The position numbers and the translations under genes were made by a program. DNA of 13,947 bases, from positions 1-13,947 of the forward strand of contig JAQTNI010000035.1 of assembly GCA_028713935.1 (NCBI GenBank), written 5' to 3'. The stretch comes from Candidatus Iainarchaeum sp. (GTDB lineage Archaea > Iainarchaeota > Iainarchaeia > Iainarchaeales > GCA-2688035). Positions 13,297 to 13,947 of the stretch are shown piece after piece (positions within the stretch are counted from its first letter, which is position 1; each line of letters starts with the position of its first letter). Under the pieces are notes generated by a model that was given only the letters and a program-made list of their open reading frames with translations, ran no database searches and had not been told where the DNA came from.

Positions 13297-13755
13297 TCAT
13301 GGGTTTTTTTTGAGTTCTTTTCCAAAGGAAACAATGCAGTAAGGCCTGCAGTCAGGGTTTGGGAGATAGCTTTGAAAGCACTGGTAAAAAACATTTGAAA
13401 GGATTCCGGATCTTAATTCCAAAAACTGCCCTCCCTCCAAGGAAAAAGCCGATATTGATGATGACTGGAGTTCAATGCAGTCCCCGCCTATGCCGGCGCT
13501 TGCGGCAAGGCTTTTTGCTGAAAAAACCTGGCCTTTCTGGAAAGTCAGGTTTTTTCTTACAACAACTTCTCCATTGGGAGTTTGCACTGCATTGTCAAGG
13601 CCTTCTGCAAGAAGCTTTTTGCTGACATCAATTTTCCATGTTTCAAGGTAATTGATTATTGAAATAATTATTATGAGAATTGCAAGGCCGATTGCTGCGC
13701 CTATTAAAAGCTTGAAAACATCAAAAGCCTGTCCTTTGTTATTGCAAATTTTCAA
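13297..13755 (-). CDS. Class III signal peptide (type IV pilin-like) protein, 152 aa
   Basis: The TTG start at 13755 is preceded by GAGGGG. The N-terminus is (M)KICNNKG|QAFDVFKLLIGAAIGLAILIIIISII. The mature part has 4 Cys. There is no in-frame ATG near the 5' end. Confidence 0.8.
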   Translation of the reverse strand: MKICNNKGQAFDVFKLLIGAAIGLAILIIIISIINYLETWKIDVSKKLLAEGLDNAVQTPNGEVVVRKNLTFQKGQVFSAKSLAASAGIGGDCIELQSSSISAFSLEGGQFLELRSGILSNVFYQCFQSYLPNPDCRPYCIVSFGKELKKNP

Positions 13756-13771
13756 TTTAACCCCTCAAAAA

Positions 13772-13947
13772 TTAGGCTCCACCAAAAAAGTTTCCCACTA
13801 CAAGATTGGCGATTATTACTGCTGCCAAAAAAACTCCGACTGCAATTGGCAGTGCGGTTGCAATGTTGATTCTTACAAGCAAATCATTGTCTTCCTCTAT
13901 TTTTGTTGTGAAATAACCCATTATTATCACAAGTTCTATTACATAAA
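13772..13947 (-). CDS. C-terminal end of a membrane protein running off the window edge, or alternatively a 49-aa membrane peptide from ATG 13921
   Basis: I translated this by hand: ...YVIELVIIMGYFTTKIEEDNDLLVRINIATALPIAVGVFLAAVIIANLVVGNFFGGA, ending at TAA 13772-13774. The frame is open to position 13947. It has a hydrophobic C-terminal helix and lies 16 nt upstream of the first pilin gene. Confidence 0.45.
   Translation of the reverse strand, partial: YVIELVIIMGYFTTKIEEDNDLLVRINIATALPIAVGVFLAAVIIANLVVGNFFGGA

Noticed and set aside
1-13947. CRISPR arrays, transposases/integrases, rRNA or tRNA genes, long direct or inverted repeats
   Set aside because: I saw no regularly spaced repeats, no recombinase-like ORFs and no tRNA-like cloverleaf candidates on visual inspection. 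The only repeated DNA noted is the short pilin N-terminal stretch and the local repeats at 10072-10116.

Overview
AT-rich, gene-dense fragment that reads as archaeal. The evidence is a wHTH + CTP-dependent riboflavin kinase (RbkR-type) fusion, several KGQ-type class III (prepilin-like) signal peptides, TATA-like boxes 25-40 nt upstream of first genes, GGTGA/GGAGG-type SD motifs with TTG/GTG starts, and a probable PAC2-like tail ending in an HbYX motif. A small-genome or episymbiotic (DPANN-like) origin is only a guess. Layout: (1) + strand 1-1493 holds the 3' end of a probable proteasome-assembly-chaperone-like gene and two very basic proteins of unknown function that share a conserved 28-aa module. 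(2) - strand 7387-1505 holds a 5-TM membrane protein, then a 1546-aa secreted, C-terminally anchored giant surface protein, then RbkR. (3) + strand 7509-8619 holds an acidic, disordered protein ending in four CxxC pairs, then a doubtful extremely basic ORF. (4) - strand 11706-8628 is a tightly coupled five-gene operon. It starts with a 54-aa pilin and continues with four larger proteins that carry an N-terminal prepilin-like or anchor helix, have paired cysteines and match no family I recognise. (5) + strand 11902-12374 is a hicB-hicA toxin-antitoxin pair, with a convergent orphan 46-aa antitoxin-like ORF. (6) - strand 13947-12663 holds the C-terminal end of a membrane protein and two paralogous prepilins sharing KGQAFDVFKLLI. 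No rRNA, tRNA, CRISPR array or transposase was seen. The most interesting candidate system is the split pilin-like surface-filament locus (blocks 4 and 6) together with the giant surface protein and its membrane partner (block 2). All function calls except RbkR and HicAB rest on motifs and hand alignment, not on database searches.
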